Origin: Eledone cirrhosa | Taxonomy: Eukaryota | Reading direction: 5' to 3' | Length of the DNA: 64,000 nt | Assembly: GCA_964016885.1 (NCBI GenBank) | Contig: OZ024756.1 | Span: forward strand, 10,354,001 to 10,418,000 | In this document: positions 48,013 to 61,634 of the stretch, piece by piece | Numbering within the stretch: position 1 is the stretch's first letter | Layout: each line of letters opens with the position of its first letter | The notes under the pieces: generated by a model | Databases searched by the model: none | Told to the model about the DNA's origin: nothing | Seen by the model: only the letters and a program-made list of their open reading frames with translations | Position numbers and translations under genes: made by a program

Positions 48013-49623
48013 TTATGGTTTCTCACCTGTATGGGTATATTTGTGTCTAGTTAAACTACTTGATACAGAGAATGATTTACGACAGATATGACAGTGATAT
48101 GGCTTCTTATCTGTATGTATACGTTTGTGAGAAATTAAGGCACTACTTACAGAGAACGATTTACCACAGATGTCACAGTGGTATGGCTTGTCTCCTGTAT
48201 GGGTACATAAGTGTTTAGTCAATATACCACTTCGAGGGAATGTTTTACCACAGATATCACAGTGGTATGGCTTTTCACCTGTATGTATTCGTTTGTGACT
48301 AGTTAATTGACTACTTACAGAGAATGATTTCCCACAGATATCAGAGTGATTTGGCTTGTCTCCTGTATGTATGCGTTTGTGACGAGTTAAAGAACTACTA
48401 TCAGAGAATGATTTACCACAGATGTCACAGTGATATGGCTTCTCACCTGTATGTATTCGTTTGTGACTAGTTAAGTGACTACTTACAGAGAATGATTTTC
48501 CACAGATATCACAGTCATATGGCTTGTCTCCTGTATGTATACGTTTGTGAATAGTTAAGTGACTACTTACAGAGAATGACTTACCACAGATATCACAGTG
48601 ATATGGCTTGTCTCCTGTGTGTATTCGTTTGTGACTAGTTAAGCTACTACTTACAGAGAATGATTTACCACAGATATCACAGTGATATGGCTTGTCTCCT
48701 GTATGTATTCGTTTGTGACGAGTTAAGTGACTACTATCAGAGAATGATTTCCCACAGATATCACAGTGATATGGCTTGTCTCCTGTATGTATACGTTTGT
48801 GAGTAGTTAAGTGACTAATTTGAGAGAATGACTTACCACAGATATGACAGACATATGGCTTGTCTCCTGTATGGGTACGTAAGTGTTTAGTCAATATACC
48901 ACTTTCAGAGAATGATTTACCACAGATATCACAGTGATATGGCTTCTCACCTGTATGTATTCGTTTGTGACTAGTTACGTGACTACTTCCAGAGAATGAT
49001 TTACCACAGATATCACAGTGATATGGCTTGTCTCCTGTATGTATACGTTTGTGAGTAATTAAGTGACTAATTTGAGAGAATGACTTATCACAGATATCAC
49101 AGACATATGGCTTGTCTCCTGTATGGGTACGTTTGTGTTTAGTCAATATACCACTTTCAGAGAATGATTTACCACAGATATCACAGTGATATGGCTTCTC
49201 ACCTGTATGTATTCGTTTGTGATTAGTTAAGTGACTACTTACAGAGAATGATTTACCACAGATATCACAGTGATATGGCTTGTCTCCTGTATGGGTACGT
49301 TTGTGAGTAGTTAAGTGACTACTTACAGAGAATGATTTACCACAGATATCACAGTGATATGGCTTGTCTCCTGTATGGGTACGTTTGTGTATAGTTACGT
49401 TACTACTAACAGAGAATGATTCACCACAGATATTACAGTGATATGGCTTCTCACCTGTATGGGTACGTAAGTGTTTAGTTAAGTAACTATTTACAATGAA
49501 TGATTTACCACAGACATCACAGTGATATGGCTTCTCTCCTCTAGACTTTGGTATCTCTTCTGGAATAGCCATATCTTTAGACAATGTTTCCGATTTAATC
49601 TTCTCACTCAATTTATTTTCCAT
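48013..49623 (-). CDS. Tandem C2H2 zinc-finger protein, 18 fingers, coding sequence in one exon
   Basis: 18 x 28-aa [11 protein letters not shown]....L..HKRIHTG(E/D)KP; first ATG at 49623; finger 15 has Cys>Ser; likely splice acceptor at ~49902 (TTTCTTTCTTATTTCAG on minus). Confidence 0.93.
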   Translation of the reverse strand: MENKLSEKIKSETLSKDMAIPEEIPKSRGEKPYHCDVCGKSFIVNSYLTKHLRTHTGEKPYHCNICGESFSVSSNVTIHKRTHTGDKPYHCDICGKSFSVSSHLTTHKRTHTGDKPYHCDICGKSFSVSSHLTNHKRIHTGEKPYHCDICGKSFSESGILTKHKRTHTGDKPYVCDICDKSFSQISHLITHKRIHTGDKPYHCDICGKSFSGSSHVTSHKRIHTGEKPYHCDICGKSFSESGILTKHLRTHTGDKPYVCHICGKSFSQISHLTTHKRIHTGDKPYHCDICGKSFSDSSHLTRHKRIHTGDKPYHCDICGKSFSVSSSLTSHKRIHTGDKPYHCDICGKSFSVSSHLTIHKRIHTGDKPYDCDICGKSFSVSSHLTSHKRIHTGEKPYHCDICGKSFSDSSSLTRHKRIHTGDKPNHSDICGKSFSVSSQLTSHKRIHTGEKPYHCDICGKTFPRSGILTKHLCTHTGDKPYHCDICGKSFSVSSALISHKRIHTDKKPYHCHICRKSFSVSSSLTRHKYTHTGEKP

Positions 49624-50936
49624 GTTTCTTCTTCCTTCCCTTGCCAAAATTTACAGATGTTATTCTTGTCTTATTTTATATATTATATTCCTGAAGATAT
49701 TTCTTCTGCTATATTTCCCCCAACTGTCAAGATCTGAAGATGATGCAAACTTCTTTCTGATCCAAGTTTAGTTAAGATTCAAAATCATCTTGTAAATATT
49801 TCAGATGGTGACAAAATGATATTTTTCCAAGAAACACAGTTTTGAGGAAATATTTCACAGTAATTCTGCCATAGTAAATATATTCCAATGTCATCTGATA
49901 TTCTGAAATAAGAAAGAAACAGTATGAGATAATAGAGAATACTTTAGAAGCAGAAATAGATTTAACATTGGAAATGTATATTTCTATATTGATAAACTGT
50001 AGATATCAACTTTCCTGTCCAGAGTAATTCTCTCCAATGTAAGCAGTGGTATTCCAGCAAGCTCTGTAAATTTTATCTTTCTAACTCTTGGGAGATCTGC
50101 CCTATAGCCTTTACCCAGGAACTTTATTCTTATATGACATTCTAACATGGTAATTGTCTGAGACCTGAGATGTGTAACTTGACAGTTTCTTGAGTAACAG
50201 TTCTTCCTACCTGGAAGGGAAAAATGCTGTGCAATTGCTTGATAAGAGTCAAAGGATTCTCACACATGGGTACCCTAGGCACCCCACCAACATGACTTGT
50301 GTTAGTCCTGTAGACACAATTAGTGGGAATTTTATTTGCAGGGCTTTCCATAATTTTGGCATTGTTTTTTTCTTTTCTGGTTGGATGTCCTTCCTCTCAT
50401 CAACCACTTTAGAGCAAGGACTGGGTGTATTGTTCGTGGTGCTAGAGAGGTTATTTTACTGGACTTAAGAGCTCTCTACCCTGTATCAGTTTCTATTACG
50501 AGTGTCTACAATGATGATGAGGATATATACATATATATAAACATATATACAAATATATACATATGTGTATACATATATATATATATGTGTGTGTGATGGC
50601 TGCAAATCTGCAAAGAGTATTGCAATCACTTGTCAGATTACAGGAATTGGTGCAACTTTAGGCCACACGAACCTGTAACATATCCTGAACAAGCAATGCC
50701 TGTGTTTTGAAGGTTTTTTAAGTGGGGAAAGGCCTTGCACTCAACCAATCCCAGTCTCTGAACATCGAAAACAGTACCTGAAAAGGAGAACTGGTCAACA
50801 TCATCGGATGCTTCCGAGGCCGCAGGTTTTCTTTCAGAGTTGCCCTCTCCTTGAAAGGTGTTGTGACCACAACTGGGGGCCTTTCACTCCCAGGTGTAAA
50901 AGAAAAAAACAATTCATATACATATACATACATATA

Positions 50937-51495
50937 TCGTTATCATTTAACGGTCATTTTCCACAGTAGCATGGGTTTGATGGGTTGTCCCATTTGAAGC
51001 CAGTTGGGTTAGGTGACCATCTTTTGCTCATACAGAACTGTTTGACTTTGTTTACACGGAGGGATGCCCTTCCTAAAGCCAACCATATTTACAGTATGCT
51101 GCGTGCTTTTTGCTGTGACTCCTACAAGACCACTTTACAATGTGGGCTGGGTGTTTCTACCGTGACACCTACATGACCACTTTACAATGTGGATTGGGTG
51201 CTTTTTGTTCTGACACCTACATGATCAATAAACAGTGAGGGCTGGGTGTTTTTTGACATGGCACCTACATGACCACTTTATATAGTGGACTGAGCGCTTA
51301 TTGTAGTGACACGTACACAACCACTTTACAGTGAGGCTGGATGCTTTTGTCATGACACCTACACGACCACTTTACAGTGTGGACTGGGTTGTTTTTTGTT
51401 GTGACACCTACAAGTTCAATTTACAGTGAGGGCTGAGTGCTTTTTGTCATGACACCTACATAACGACTTTACAATGTGGGCTAGGCGCTTTTTGT
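50937..51495 (-). repeat. RTE/SINE 3'-end fragment expanded into a ~58-60 bp minisatellite
   Basis: About 7 units of GACACCTACA.GACCACTTTACAGTGTGG.CTGGGTGCTTTTTG after the GGATGCCCTTCCTAA motif. Confidence 0.75.
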
Positions 51496-52020
51496 TATAT
51501 TAAATACATCAACACAGAAAGAAGCGTGGGGTGTGTGGAAAATCGGTAAAACTTCACGGGAGATAGAAAACCAGAATTAGTCATTTAGTTTACATAATGA
51601 GACCCCAACCCATCTTATTTATTTTATAACATATGGGATTTCTAGTAATGTACTTTTTATGTCATGTATAATGTTTTTTAATGTCTAAAGAATATTGTCG
51701 CAGGAATGCGACCACATAGAATAATATTTCACGAGAGATAAGAAAAATTGAATAAACAGAGGGTGGGGTGAATCAAGAGCAGGGTGGCGGTGTAAAAAAT
51801 CTGAAAAATAAATAAGTGAGGGTGGGGGAAAATTATTTGAGATGAAAGCGAGGGTGGGGTACGATTATTTGAAACCAAAGTAAGGGTGGGGGACGATTAT
51901 TTGCGTTACATACACATCTACTGAGTTGTACACATCTACTGAGTTACACACACATCTACTGAGTTACACACACATCTACTGCATTATACACACATCTATG
52001 GAGGTGCATATATATATATA

Positions 52021-53682
52021 TATAAAGCTGATGGACCAGGTCATGAAAGTAACAGAAAGAGTTATAGCACAGTTGATTAGGGACCGGGTGAAACTAGACG
52101 AGATGCAATTTGGGTTTGTACCAGGAAGAGGCACCACTGATGCCCTCTTCCTTGTCAGGCAGTTACAGAAAAGTACCTAGCTAAAAGTCACTCTACCTGG
52201 CATTCGTCGATCTTGAGAAAGCCTTTAACAGAGTTCCACGTGCTGTAATCTGGTGGGGTCTTAGAAAACTAGGAGTAGATGAATGGCTTGTGAAAGCGGT
52301 ACAAGCCATGTATAGGGGAGCAGTCAGCAAAGTTAGGATTAGCAATGAGTATAGCGAGGAATTTAGCGTACAGGTTGGGGTCCACCAGGGCTCTGTTCTT
52401 AGCCCCCTCCTGTTCATCATAGTCCTGCAGGCAATGACGGAGGAGTTTAAGGCCGGATGCCCATGGGAACTCCTGTATGCAGATGACCTCGCACTTATAG
52501 CTGAATCTATGGTAGAACTAGAGAAGAAATTCCAAACTTGGAAGCAGGGACTAGAAAGAAAGGGTCTCAAAGTCAACATGACAAAGACTAAGGTCCTTGT
52601 AAGTAGACGAGCAAACAGAACCCAGATCCCCTCAGGGAAATGGCCTTGCTCATTATGTAGGAAAGGTGTAGGTAGGAACTCCATTCTCTGCCCCAAATGC
52701 AAACAATGGGTACACAAGAGATGTAGCGGGATCTCAGGAAGCTTAATTAAGAATGTAGGCTTCACAGGCAGCAGCTGTACTGGGACAGCAAGCAGCAAAC
52801 CGCCACTGGAAACAAGTACTACCAATCTCTGGGAGGGCTCTGTAGAAACAGTAGACAGCTTCTGCTACCTAGGTGATCTAATTAGCAGCGGAGGTGGGTG
52901 TTCAGAAAGTACAATAACTAGGGTAAGAACGGGATGGAAGAAGTTTAGGGAACTACTACCACTGCTAGCTGCAAAAGGCTTCTCCCTCAAAATGAAAGGC
53001 AGACTGTATGATGCGTGTATCCAAACAGCGATGTTGCACGGTAGTGAGACCTGGGCGCTGAAGGTGGAAGACTTACGTAGATTAGAGAGAAACGAAGCCT
53101 GCATGCTCCGATGGATGTGTAATAGTAATATACGCGAACGACAAAGCATAAATGAATTGAGAGAGAGACTGAGCATAAGAGGAATCAAATGCTGTGTGCA
53201 GGAGAGGCGGTTGCGTTGGTATGGACATGTGATGTGTATGACGGATGACAGCTGCATAAAAAGGTGCAGAGCACTAGAAGTCGATGGAAACCGCGGAGTG
53301 GGGAGACCCAAGATGACTTGGGATGAGGTGATAAAAGTCGACCTTACCCAATTACACCTCTCAAAGGCGATGACACACGACCGTGACCTCTGGCATCACG
53401 CAGTAATACAGAGTACCCGACCTCCCATGGGTACAAGCTGAAGCATATAGACAATATGCCCCCACACCCCCCACTGCAAGGTGGTCGTGGAGGTGCAAAA
53501 AAGCACCCAGCCCACACTAAAGTGGACGTGTAGGCGCCATGAAAAAGTACCCAGCACTCACTGTAAATGAGATTGGTGTTAGGAAGGGCATCCAGCTGTA
53601 GAAATCAAGCCAAATCAGGACAACCCGTCTAACCCATGCTAGCGTGGAAGAACGGACGTAAAACAGTGATGATGATGATGAT
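52021..53682 (+). mobile_element. RTE LINE, 5'-truncated, same subfamily as 897-2572
   Basis: ORF 52290-53441 (GVHQG, LLYADD, ...[10 protein letters not shown]); frameshift near 52170-52190; (GAT)n tail. Confidence 0.94.
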
Positions 53683-53702
53683 ATATATATATACATACAT
53701 AA

Positions 53703-54030
53703 ATCATCATCATTTTACGTCCGCTTTTCCCTACTTGCAAGGGTGGGACGTGAACTGATTCTGGCTTGATTTCTACAGCTGGATGCCCTTCCTAACACCA
53801 ACCTCATTTACAGTGTGGGCTGGGTGCTTTTTTGCCGTGGCACCTCCACAACCACTTTGCAGTGGAATGATAGGGACCCCAGTCCTATCATCTCATTGCT
53901 ACAGCTGAGTAAACTGGAGCAATGTGAAATAAAGTGGCTTGCTCAAGGAAACATCACCCGGTCTGAGAATTGAACTCACAACCTTTTGATTGCAAGGCCA
54001 ATGCTCTAACCACTAAGCCATGTGCCTCCA
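53703..54030 (-). mobile_element. tRNA-derived SINE
   Basis: Same family as 41811-42153. Confidence 0.9.
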
Positions 54031-54145
54031 TTTATATATTAATACATATATATATATATATACACACACATATATATATATACATATATATTAATACATA
54101 TATATATATATATAAGAAGGAAAGTGTACTATATACACATATATT

Positions 54146-54191
<46 letters not shown>

Positions 54192-54210
54192 CGTGTGTAT
54201 ATATATATAT

Positions 54211-54854
54211 GTGAGCTGATTTTCCGATACTCGATTATTCTATTATATTTAGCTCTAGACCTAGTTATTAACCAGTTAATTTTATTGATCATTTTTTGTC
54301 GATTCTATTGACTGATGAATAGCTCCTGTTTATTTTAACATGTCTATTGAGCACTCTGATTCAATATGTGATATTTTGTATCCCTACTTGATTTCCACAT
54401 TACCGAAAATGTTTTCGCTAATATAGAGGTTATCTCCCTTGCTGGGCACCATGTGCGTGTCTGGCTAAAGGTCACTTCTTTATTATCGGACGGAACCCGT
54501 TGATAAAGCTCTTCCGGTCCAGTCCTTCTCTAGAGGTCTTATATATTTTTATGTGGGCTGATAGTGAACGGATTAAGGAATTGCAGAAACCCAAGAAGCT
54601 AGATTTAACACCCTTCTAGCGGGTCCGGGTAAGTTTTTTAAATTATTGATTTATTGATATTTTATTTGAGTGACCCGAATCTTCCTGGTCGTTCTTTTTC
54701 GGCTGCACGGGTGATTTTAGGCATTATCTCTATGTGTTGGTAATTTAACGATAGTTATAGCTCTGATTTATCCAAATTATTGAGCCCTCTGCCACTCATA
54801 TCGGATATTGTTTATCGTTTATTCGTGAGCTGATTTTCCGATACTCGATTATTC

Positions 54855-54862
<8 letters not shown>
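54211..54862 (+). mobile_element. 614-bp monomer plus terminal direct repeat, carrying an HHR (retrozyme/pLTR-like)
   Basis: GTGAGCTGATTTTCCGATACTCGATTATTCTATTATAT at both 54211 and 54825; microsatellite on both sides. Confidence 0.72.
54495..54630 (+). ncRNA. Type I hammerhead ribozyme, U3:A8 core variant with extended stems II and III
   Basis: ACCCG TTGATAA AGC.CTTCC...GGAA..GCA GAAA CCC...GCTAGA..TCTAGC GGG TC CGGGT. Confidence 0.62.
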
Positions 54863-54898
<36 letters not shown>

Positions 54899-54969
54899 AT
54901 AATAATAAATTTGAAGACTTAAATACAAAGAGGGCTCGATAAGGATAAATATATGTAAAATATATAAGA

Positions 54970-55782
54970 ACCCTGGAGAGGAGCATTTATAGGGGCATAA
55001 AGCTGATGGATCAGGTTATGAAAGTGGCAGAGAGAATATTAGCGCAACTAATTAGAGAAAGGGTCAAACTAGATGAGATGCAGTTTGGTTTTATGCCTGG
55101 GAAAAGTACAACAGATGCCCCAAGAGAGGTTCTTAGAGAAAAATAAGCCACTATACTTAGCTTTTGTTGACCTAGAGAAGGCCTTTGATAGCGTACCCCG
55201 ATCTGTCATCTGGTGGTCCCTAAGGAAACTAGGTGTAGAGGAATGGCTTGTGAGGACAGTGCAAGATTTGTACATGGGTGCTGTCAGTAAAGTGGTCCTC
55301 AGCCCAGTCTTGTTCATTATAGTCCTCCAAGCCATAACAGGAGTTTAAGACTGGCTGCCCATGGGAACTTCTCTATGCTGATGATCTGGTTCTTATGGCA
55401 GAATCAGTAGAGGAGCTAGAGAAGAAATTCTGGCTATGGAAACAGCAGTTGGAATCAAGAGGACTGAGAGTGAACCTAGCTAAGACAAAAGTGTTGATAA
55501 GTAGAAGAGAGAACAATACTCTGATTCTATCAGGGAAATGGCCATGTTCGATATGCAGAAAAAGAACTGGCATAAATTCTATAAAATATACGCAATGTGA
55601 CACGGTAAAAAGTTCCCAGTCCAACCATAAATGTGGTTGGTGTTAGGAAGGGCATCCAGCTGTCAAAAATACTCCTATACAAGCGAGACACGGTCATCCG
55701 ACCAATCTTGCCTCAAGTGGGACAATTCCCATCTAACCCATGCTAGCGTGGAAGATAGACGTTAAACGATGTTGATGATGAT
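54970..55782 (+). mobile_element. Degenerate, internally deleted RTE LINE
   Basis: YRGIKLMDQ, LAFVDLEKAFD, LLYADD in broken frames, joined to RTE 3' UTR. Confidence 0.85.
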
Positions 55783-55859
55783 ATATATAGATAGATAGAT
55801 AGACCAGGCCCGAACAAGAAATACAGAAAGTACAGGTTCGAAGTGAATATCTCAAGAAT

Positions 55860-57510
55860 AATTTTATTCCTGGTTAATGAATGAAATTATTGTGTACAGT
55901 GCTCAGGTGCACTACAACTCATCAAAGGTGCATGTATAGTACATAGAATAATGTACAAATGTCAGGAATGTAAACAGTGTATGAGTCATAATATACATGT
56001 GTGTGTATGGAGGGGGGATACCAGGTGTAGTGTTGGTGAATTTCAGGAACTATGGAAGTTTCAAAGGATGCAGTGTTCCAACAGTTAACAACTGATGCAG
56101 GTAGTGTGTTCCATGCTTCAGCAACTCTGTGCGTGAACAAATGTTTCTGAAAGTCATAGGAACTGTGCTGTTTTCTGACTTTGTAGGCATGTCCACGCGT
56201 GTTAGACACATGGAACTCAAAAAGGTGCTCAGGATTGTTGTTGGCAAGATGGTTAATAATTTTGTGGGTGTTTACCAAGTCAGTTTTCAGATGTCGGAGC
56301 TTCAATGTATCCATGCCCAGGGAAGCAAGGCATTCAGAGTATGGTAGATGGAGGGTATTCGCTTGGTTGCACGTCTCTGAACAATTTCCAGGAGATCAAT
56401 GTTCTGAGAAGATAGCGGTTTCAGACTGGTGATGCAAATTCTAAATGTGGTCACACCATAGCTATATACAGCTTTAAATAGATAGATAAATGCATGGTGG
56501 TAAATTTGTACTCAGCCATCTTCAGTTGCCAGTCTGTGATCTATTGCTGCATTGTGTCAAGGTCTGATTGCTGGAAAGATCTAAAGTGTTCAGGATCTGT
56601 ACTTTTTATCTCAAGGGACAGCTTGATGTCATCTGCATATTTCAGTACTGTGACATTCTTTAAGTTGGCATCTATGTCATTAATATTTGTGTATCCGAAT
56701 TCTCCTATAAATTATCCGGCAAAGATTCAAAACCAAATCTAAGAGTTCTCGCATCTGGGACCACTTATCGTAGGGAGTTTCCCACCGTTGTCAAGAGACA
56801 ACAATGATAAAAGTACATACCACTTGACCTGTGACCCCAGCTTCATGATAGATGAAACACACATGGTTACTCATAAATCAACCCTGTATACACATCCTTC
56901 TAGCTATAGGGTTATTATAAATACAAGTACAAAGGGAATCCAGCAGTCAGACCATGAAGCAGCAGCCCTTGAGAGAATAACAATGTGAAACATTCACGTT
57001 CTACAGACCTCTTGGGGTCTGCAGACTTCTACTGATGTTTACGGACCTTTTACGCTATCTCTCAGACAAGAGAGACCGAAGCACCAGTCCTTGAGAGGAA
57101 TAACAAATACTAAGGATACACATACACTCAGTAGGTTTCATTATACTGTTACTTCTGTGTTTTATCTATTCTTTCATCTTCCTGTTGAATCACTTCTATT
57201 GTGTCATTGTATTGATACATACATAAACGTTAGCTCGAAGTAGCTAGTCAGCAAATTGATGTAGTGATAATTCCCGTTGCAATTTTTATTCAATGTAGCA
57301 ACAAGTGAATATTGTTATTGTAAAATAAACATTGTCAACATCACAATTCTGGCATTATTCTTTTTATCATTCATCCACAAAAGAATACATTTATCCACTA
57401 CATATGCAGCAAACAAAAGGGGTCCAAGAACAGATCCCTGTGGTACACCCTAGAACCGTGACTACCTCTCTTCGACTGAGAATGAAGGATTTTAACCAGT
57501 TAAAAACTAT
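55860..57510 (-). mobile_element. Old CR1-group LINE fragment interrupted by an insertion (~56688-57400)
   Basis: GVPQGSVLGPLLF at ~57410-57450, KYADDIKL at ~56620-56645, NTRGH...FTHRVAEAWNTLP at 56100-56205. Confidence 0.8.
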
Positions 57511-57539
57511 ACACTATATACAGTATATATACACTATAT

Positions 57540-57886
57540 GGAGGCACATGGCTTAGTGGTTAGAGCATTGGCCTTGCAATCAAAAGGTTGTGAGTTCAAT
57601 TCTCAGACCGGGTGATGTGTTGTTTCCTTGAGCAAGACACTTTATTTCACATTGCTCCAGTTTACTCAGCTGTAGAAATGAGATGATAGGGACTGGGATC
57701 CCTATCATTCCACTGCAAAGTGGTCGTGGAGAATCTACGGCAAAAAAGCACCCAGCACTCACTGTAAATGAGGTTGGTGTTAGGAAGGGCATCAGGCTGT
57801 AGAAATCAAGCCAGTATCAGTTCCCGTCCCACCCTTGCAAGCAGGGAAAAGTGGACGTAAAATGAAATGATGAATGATGATGAAAT
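57540..57886 (+). mobile_element. tRNA-derived SINE
   Basis: Same family as 41811-42153. Confidence 0.92.
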
Positions 57887-58499
57887 GATATATATTATAT
57901 ATACACTATGTACAGTATATATACACTATATATGGTGTTGTCCAAGGGTGATACAGCTTGGCACCAGTGACGTCAAAACATATATACACTATACACAGTA
58001 TATATACCCTATATATATATTATATGTACACTATGTACAGTATATATGATGCAGTATATATGATGTTATCCACGAGAAAGGCAATGGACGATACAACTTG
58101 GAAGCAGTAACAACTCATATCATCATCATCACTGTTTTACGTTCATTCTTCTATGCTAGCATGGGTTAGACAGGTTCTCCTGTTGTGGGTAGTGCCAGGT
58201 CGAGTGACCATGTCTTGCTCATACGGGAACTGATTCTGGCTTGATTTCTACAGCTGGATGCACTTCCTAACACCAACCTCATTTACAGTGAGTGCTGTTT
58301 TCCGTAGCGCCTATTTTATATATACTATTTATATACACTATATATATATTATATATACATTACATATACACTATATATATTACATATACACTGTGTACAG
58401 CATATATGATGATGGGAAAGGCAATGTCTGATACAACTTGGTACCAGTGACATCACAACATATATACTATGTATATACACTATGTACAGTATATATACA

Positions 58500-59265
58500 C
58501 TGTCGCCCGTCATTTCTGTTCTCCTGGTCATTCTTCCCTACATGTTTCAGTCCTGGGTGTCCTTTTACATCCTGGATCACAGGCCTCGCGTACCAGGACT
58601 GAACAAAGTCTGATTCACCGCCTTGGGTCTGATTCCCCTCTTGGACTCAACTCACCTCCCCAATTTCTCTAATACTCCGTCCATTATCACACCCCTAGAT
58701 TCCTATCACTTTCTCTTGATCATTAACAACTAATACAGGCCGACTATATATGCTCACTCCACTTTTCCCTTCACTGCTCTGTATACACACCCTTATATTA
58801 ACATACTTTTGCTCATAGCTTCGTACTTACATGCACACACTCTCTTTTACTCACATATACACACACATTTCTTCTTAGCTTTGTACGGATGTATAACAAC
58901 ACAAACACACATGCTTACGCATGTGCACAAGCGTAGATCTTTTTACAAAACGTTTTTTTTCCATTTCAGGTAGACGTGCTCCATCATCCACTTTTCTAAA
59001 AAATAAACCATACACAAAACGCCAGCACCAACAGTTTTGCAAGAGATGTCAACATGAATGGACCTGTTATTTTTATCTAAAGACATTATTTCCAATTCCA
59101 ACCCGCCCGTCCCCTCAATATATCTTATTTCTCATTCTTTCTTCTGATGAAGGACTAGCATCTGAAACGTTAAGACCCTCTTCCTGCTATATCAACCGTT
59201 AACCTAATATATCCCTTCCATGTACCGATTGTGTTGTTATTTCTGTTTACCTTTTACATACATAT
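58500..59265 (+). mobile_element. PLE 3' fragment (GIY-YIG C-terminus + 3' UTR + pLTR), third family
   Basis: VARHF..PGH...VLG...R.RTEQSLIHRLGSDSPLGLN is a typical PLE endonuclease end; HHR downstream. Confidence 0.82.
59140..59175 (+). ncRNA. Minimal type I hammerhead ribozyme
   Basis: TCTT CTGATGA AGG ACTAGCA TCT GAAA CG TT AAGA; palindromic AACGTT. Confidence 0.75.
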
Positions 59266-59351
59266 ATTATATATATTCTGTGTACAGGATATATTATGCA
59301 CAATATATGTTATCCAAGAGAAAGGCAATGGCTGATACAGCTTGGCACCAG

Positions 59352-59608
59352 TATCATTTCATTTTACGTCCGCTTTTTCCCTGCTTGCAAGGGTGGGACA
59401 GGAACTGATTCTGGCTTGATTTCTACAGCTGGATGCCCTTCCTAACACCAACCTCATTTACAGTGAGTGCTGGGTGCTTTTTTGCCATGGCACCTGCGCG
59501 ACTACTTTGCAGTGGAATGATATGGACTCCAGTCCCTATCATCTCATTTCTACAGCTGAGTAAACTGGAGCAAGGCCAATGCTCTAACCACTAAGCCATG
59601 AACCTCCA
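59352..59608 (-). mobile_element. tRNA-derived SINE with internal deletion
   Basis: GGAGCAA joined directly to GGCCAATGCTCT through GCAA microhomology. Confidence 0.85.
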
Positions 59609-60444
59609 TATCACAGCATATATACTATATATATATTATATATACACTGCACAGTATATATTATACACTATATATGATGTTGTCCAAGAGAAAGGCAATG
59701 GCTGATACAGCTTGGCACCAGTAACATCACAACATATATACTATATATATATATACACTGTACAGTATATATTATACACTATATATGATGTTGTCCAAGG
59801 TAAAGGCAATGGCTGATACAGCTTGGCACCAGTGACGTCACAACATATATACACTATACACAGTATATATACCCTATATATATACTATGTACAGTATATA
59901 TACCCTATATATATATACTATGTACCGTATATATGATGTTGTCCAAGGTAAAGGCAATGGCTGAAACAGCTTGGCACCAGTAACATCACAACATATATAC
60001 ACTATATATATATTATATATACACTGTGTACAGTATATATTATACACTATATATGATGTTGTCCAAGAGAAAGGCTATGGCTGATTCAGCTTGGTACCAG
60101 TAACAACACAACTCATTTCTACAGCTGAGTAAACAGTGTGAAACAAAATGTCTTGCTCAAGGACATCAGACAGTCCGAGAATCGAACTCACAACCTTTAG
60201 ATTGCAACTCAATGCTCTAACCACTAAGCCACGATACGTTCCAGAAACAACCATGTTACAGAGAGACCAATCTATGAAGGGTTTGTAGTAGATTAGAGCA
60301 AAACACAATCAGTAAAACAGTAATGGAATAAAAATATAAACATTTGTTCATAGTTAAAGCCTTAAGATGTCCCTTCCTTACGATATACACTTTAATAACA
60401 TTGAAACTTATTTAATAAGTTTAAATTTTAAACACTTTTTATTC

Positions 60445-60600
60445 AGACGTACCGCGATAAGAAAATAGATATGTTCTAATGAATAATCCGCGATGTGGCG
60501 AGGATTACCGCGATACGAAATTAGATACGTTCCAAAGAAATATCCGCGATGTAACGGGACCGCGAAAAGTGAACCGCGATATAGCGGGGGTTTACTGTAT
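60445..60600. mobile_element. One end of a Tc1/mariner (pogo-like) DNA transposon or MITE
   Basis: Minus strand TA|CAGTAAACCCCCGCTATATCGCGG with repeated CCGCGAT subterminal motifs; partner TIR not found. Confidence 0.5.
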
Positions 60601-61634
60601 ATATACACACACAACATACATCTATCTATATACACTCATAATATTTATTTCGATTTTTGACTTTTAAATGTTGACTGAGGGTGCGACAACTGTTTCTTGT
60701 TTGAGGTTGTTCCAGTGGTTGAAATATAAACGGAGGTATTTTAAATAATAAAGACAGTCATGACAACAATATATTTTATATTACATGTAACAGTGGAATC
60801 TGCCGATTGAAAAATAACACATCAACATTTCAGTTTGGAAGGTTTTTTTCTAAAGTGGAGGAAGAAATATATTTTTCAAATGTTGTTATATATATTTTCA
60901 CTTGTATATAATTACTGGATCGTTGTAGGGTTCACATAATTATATTATTTACACACATTAAGTAAATCTTTGTCAACTTACCTCCTTCAGATATAATCAA
61001 TGTGTTGTGTTGTTAGTTATTACTAAACAACCAAAGAAATAATCTCTTTGTTATCAAATTATATGTTTCAAAGATGTTATCAGCTTTATTTCACGACATT
61101 AACGTTGGTGTATCTTCTTCATCTTTAGTAATAAATTGATATCTTGTCAGAATGAAGTAGTGAGGCTGACTTTATGTCTTTAGCTACAGATTTGATAGGA
61201 AATATATATATATTAGGTTGATATGTGGTCTAAAATATATATATTGTCTATAAATGACTGATAGCAAATGTTCTGGTGAAATAGTAGTCTTACTACTACA
61301 GATTGTAATGGACTCTTAATAGACACAATTGTAAAGTAAGAATAGATATGACAGTGTAAGACTGATGTCGGAGAAATAAAATTGTGTGTATATATATATA
61401 TATATAATTGTTACACGAGATATAATTAGATTAATTAAAGTTATAATTGTTTCTACTTTAGGCAATTAAAGTTATAATGAAGACAGCAGGTGCTCGGTGT
61501 CGTTGGAAATGATTTATCTCCCTTACCGGTCTTTCGTTAAAATCCCTGATATAATTTAATACATTCAGACACAGTTACAATCACTTTTTATTGATGGTAA
61601 ATCAAAAAGTATCACTCAGTAAAATATCACACCA

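Larger units (their letters stand above)
57890..60232. repeat. SINE-derived ~110-145 bp minisatellite interrupted by PLE and SINE insertions
   Basis: Recurrent GATGTTGTCCAAG..AAAGGCAATGGCTGATACAGCTTGGCACCAGT with TA-rich spacers; last unit runs into a SINE head (60113-60232, minus). Confidence 0.75.

Noticed and set aside
54309-54366. ATTGA CTGATGA ATAG...CTAT...TCAAT hammerhead-like motif
   Set aside because: No GAAA or valid stem III at the expected position; at most a degenerate relic
56688-57222. Possible solo LTR (TGTGTATC...GATACA, TATAAAT) interrupting the old CR1
   Set aside because: No target duplication or second copy seen; left as an unclassified insertion
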